Below are positions 27,201 to 28,316 of a stretch of DNA of 28,316 nucleotides, in pieces. The translations under genes and the position numbers were made by a program. Where the stretch lies: contig JAGWLG010000040.1 of the NCBI GenBank assembly GCA_028864975.1, positions 1-28,316 of the forward strand, read 5' to 3'. A model generated the notes under the pieces. It saw only the letters and a program-made list of their open reading frames with translations. It ran no database searches and was not told the DNA's origin. The stretch is from Thermoplasmata archaeon (GTDB lineage: Archaea > Thermoplasmatota > Thermoplasmata > Lutacidiplasmatales > UBA184). Within the stretch, counting starts at the first letter, position 1, and the number at the start of each line of letters is the position of its first letter.

Positions 27201-27577
27201 TCTCCTCGACGGTCCCGCTGGGCGCCGCCTCGGGAACGATGAACCACACGTACAGCGGGGCGGGGACGTTCGCGGTCCGACTGACGGTGACCGACTCGCA
27301 AGGTCAATCGGCCTCGGCCGAGACGAACATCACGGTCTCCTCCTCCAGCACGTCGGGAGGACTCCTCGCGATGCTGGAGAACCCCCTGGTCCTGCTGCTG
27401 CTGGTCGTGGTGGTCGCGGCGATCGTGGCGGCCGTCGCGCTCTCCCGCCGCAAGAAGGGCAAGTTGCCCACGGAGGCGGAGTACTATCAGTACCCGACCT
27501 CCGGTGGGTCCTACGCAGGTGCGGCGCCGCCGCCGGGGTACCCCAGCTACCAGCCACCGCCTCCGCCGCCTACGTAG
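24296..27577 (+). CDS. Large membrane-anchored surface protein (signal peptide, Cys-rich N-domain, five beta-repeats, PKD, TM, Pro tail)
   Basis: Hydrophobic N-terminus, Thr/Ser/Gly-rich body, WTMGDG..HTYSGAGTFAVRLTVTDS (PKD), C-terminal TM followed by RRKK. Confidence 0.92.
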   Translation: MTRSDPHPCGRATTKRNLTLGWIGLAIVLAGFAPAVLLSTASSAPSAPHVITPSVVHVHGHMMPTIAGSALAKQGATSTWCLGLYPTPNISYTPGCYGHDEPTISYMSSAASSGADASWWEVLPKNGATLEQGDLYATFWYGGTVKDSASLNGVAFLEWQFYPLAPAATGAGSGTTDCGAGGNFNGNYPSTDLWFSCVIVWEVVGSNEQAAYAGPVDYWTGGADSTAILEMHSGDQIYANYTGSPTGTGWTMTLHDLNTGQFGQTSLSGSLCVSTGCPLNPDTGVATWCQLSWGASCPGQVAWAYEIGHSLNPAAGASCNPGDGTCDSYNPTAWTSVGQNEISLPVLGVPSAREYPLRFGFSSSQGGLTEVNGSAGCPGGVNCVYPWYIYQSQDYSFTYQASASSNNTYDYGNANQYSTTSNIHKDWTPPYANVTFVINKGTAVITANPGRINQTGGAYTAGNLSSEFATGTYQIGATAAGCVGYSQSWYFKAGVAYTVNINLLCGGPVTNVDFFTSPSSCGSISFNSATYTNGQTGVFSPGTYPVSATPCAGYTSGTLTGTGSVSITGGTATTVAGQGSVWANFTAVNPKFTVSFSVSPAGRGDGILFNGTKWYNGQSGSFLAGPYAVAAAPVAGWKFAGWTSSGGVGPVVGGTATVTGAGSITATYTALGTVRFVVIPSTTCAASISFNATSYVSGQQGTFASAGTTYPLVAGTCPGYGFTDWTATSGLTLASSTLASTTGTLNDNATLTANYAAVPLYTVTFSLTATCTMLFNGTSEISGAQATVYAGTYPVQAASCTYYAFSSWSGTSTITIASPTSGSTTVTVSGNGTLTGSFTQVAFPVRLQVYPTSCTGVQVKIGTGTYTNGQTAYLASGSYTVVAGTCAGEAPTPTFQVGGGTHLSISAGSLTVSGGGGTLTVTYLGLLRASLSGPTTTTVGSSVEFTASMTGGLSPYSLTWTMGDGSASLSSTVPLGAASGTMNHTYSGAGTFAVRLTVTDSQGQSASAETNITVSSSSTSGGLLAMLENPLVLLLLVVVVAAIVAAVALSRRKKGKLPTEAEYYQYPTSGGSYAGAAPPPGYPSYQPPPPPPT
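25818..27070 (+). repeat. Five ~83-aa divergent InlB-B-repeat-like units
   Basis: Recurring V.F...P..C..I.FN...Y..GQ......GTY...A..C.GY.F..W....T.TV.G.G...A.F pattern. Confidence 0.7.
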
Positions 27578-28268
27578 GTCGATTGTCCCCCTGCTGCGCC
27601 GCCCCCCTGCCTGGGGGGTGTTCGGGGGAAGATGGTAGGGCCTTCCGGTCGCGACGCGAGGGCCGCTTCCGCCACCGCAGCGGGACGGTCCAGCTCACAA
27701 CGAGCCCGAGGAGCAGCCCCAACGTCGCTCCCGCCAGCACGGCCAGGGTCCCCAGCGCTTCGGGTGCTGCTGAGAAGGCGACCACGACCGAGGCCCCGGT
27801 CGCGTTGAACCCGTCAGAGTCGATCTCCTCGATCCAGAAGCGGTACGACCCGGAGGAAGGCACGCTTACCGTCGCATTTCCGCCAAGCGTCGAGGTCGAG
27901 CGGAGCGGGCAGTTCGAGCCCCCCGAGCCCACCTCCGCATAGCACAGCAGCAGCGTGGTCGCCCCCGGCCAGAGGGGGGGACCCCAAGCGACGGTCGCTG
28001 TGAGACCCTCTGCGGTAACGGTGGGCGCGCTCACCTGCCATTCTGGCATGAAGTCCTCGGGGGAGCTGGTGGCGGTCATCCCGTCGGTGGTGGTCACGGA
28101 GAGTTCGACGATGGAGGCGACCGCGTTGGGAAGCGGGGGCCCCCTCCACGAAGAGGTCCCCTGCGTTGCGTTCAGACTAAGGGGTCGCAACTGAATAAGT
28201 GAGTTATATAACCGCGGGCCCCTCTCCCCTCTGGCGTGGACGTCGAGGGACTTCGTGCCAAGTACCAA
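27570..28268 (-). CDS. Hypothetical protein with a C-terminal TM anchor (start uncertain)
   Basis: Thr/Ser-rich domain, TM LGTLAVLAGATLGLLLGLVVSW then RWRKR. An AT-rich TTATATAA at 28204-28211 lies inside the nominal 5' end. Confidence 0.5.
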   Translation of the reverse strand: MVLGTKSLDVHARGERGPRLYNSLIQLRPLSLNATQGTSSWRGPPLPNAVASIVELSVTTTDGMTATSSPEDFMPEWQVSAPTVTAEGLTATVAWGPPLWPGATTLLLCYAEVGSGGSNCPLRSTSTLGGNATVSVPSSGSYRFWIEEIDSDGFNATGASVVVAFSAAPEALGTLAVLAGATLGLLLGLVVSWTVPLRWRKRPSRRDRKALPSSPEHPPGRGAAQQGDNRPT

Positions 28269-28316
28269 GCCCTCGGTCCTGAACTCACAGAACGGTCTCG
28301 GAGGCTCTGGGCGGCC

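Overview
High-GC archaeal chromosomal window, most likely Thermoplasmata (inferred from proteasome beta, the rps13-rps4-rps11-rpoD order, BRE/TATA-like promoters and PKD surface proteins). Left part (1-7.9 kb): ABC exporter, psmB, dnaJ, a SAM methyltransferase, a small wHTH + unknown-gene cassette with its own promoter and operator, and the S13 operon. Middle (9-15 kb): a convergent two-arm redox/metal island (Bat-like HTH, DUF488, two hemerythrins, DUF2249, two NnrS/COX1-like membrane proteins, a Cys-less HesB-SufT fusion, a cupredoxin remnant). Four of its genes share an upstream motif. At 15-21.8 kb, two ubiquitin-like (MoaD/ThiS/SAMP) operons point away from each other around an HTH-CBS regulator: Ubl-BNR propeller-VOC, and thrC-Ubl-hom-thrB. 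Right end: an orphan MASE1-PAS histidine kinase and a 1093-aa surface protein. No rRNA, tRNA, CRISPR array or intact IS was recognised. Family assignments come from motif recognition only; no database searches were run.
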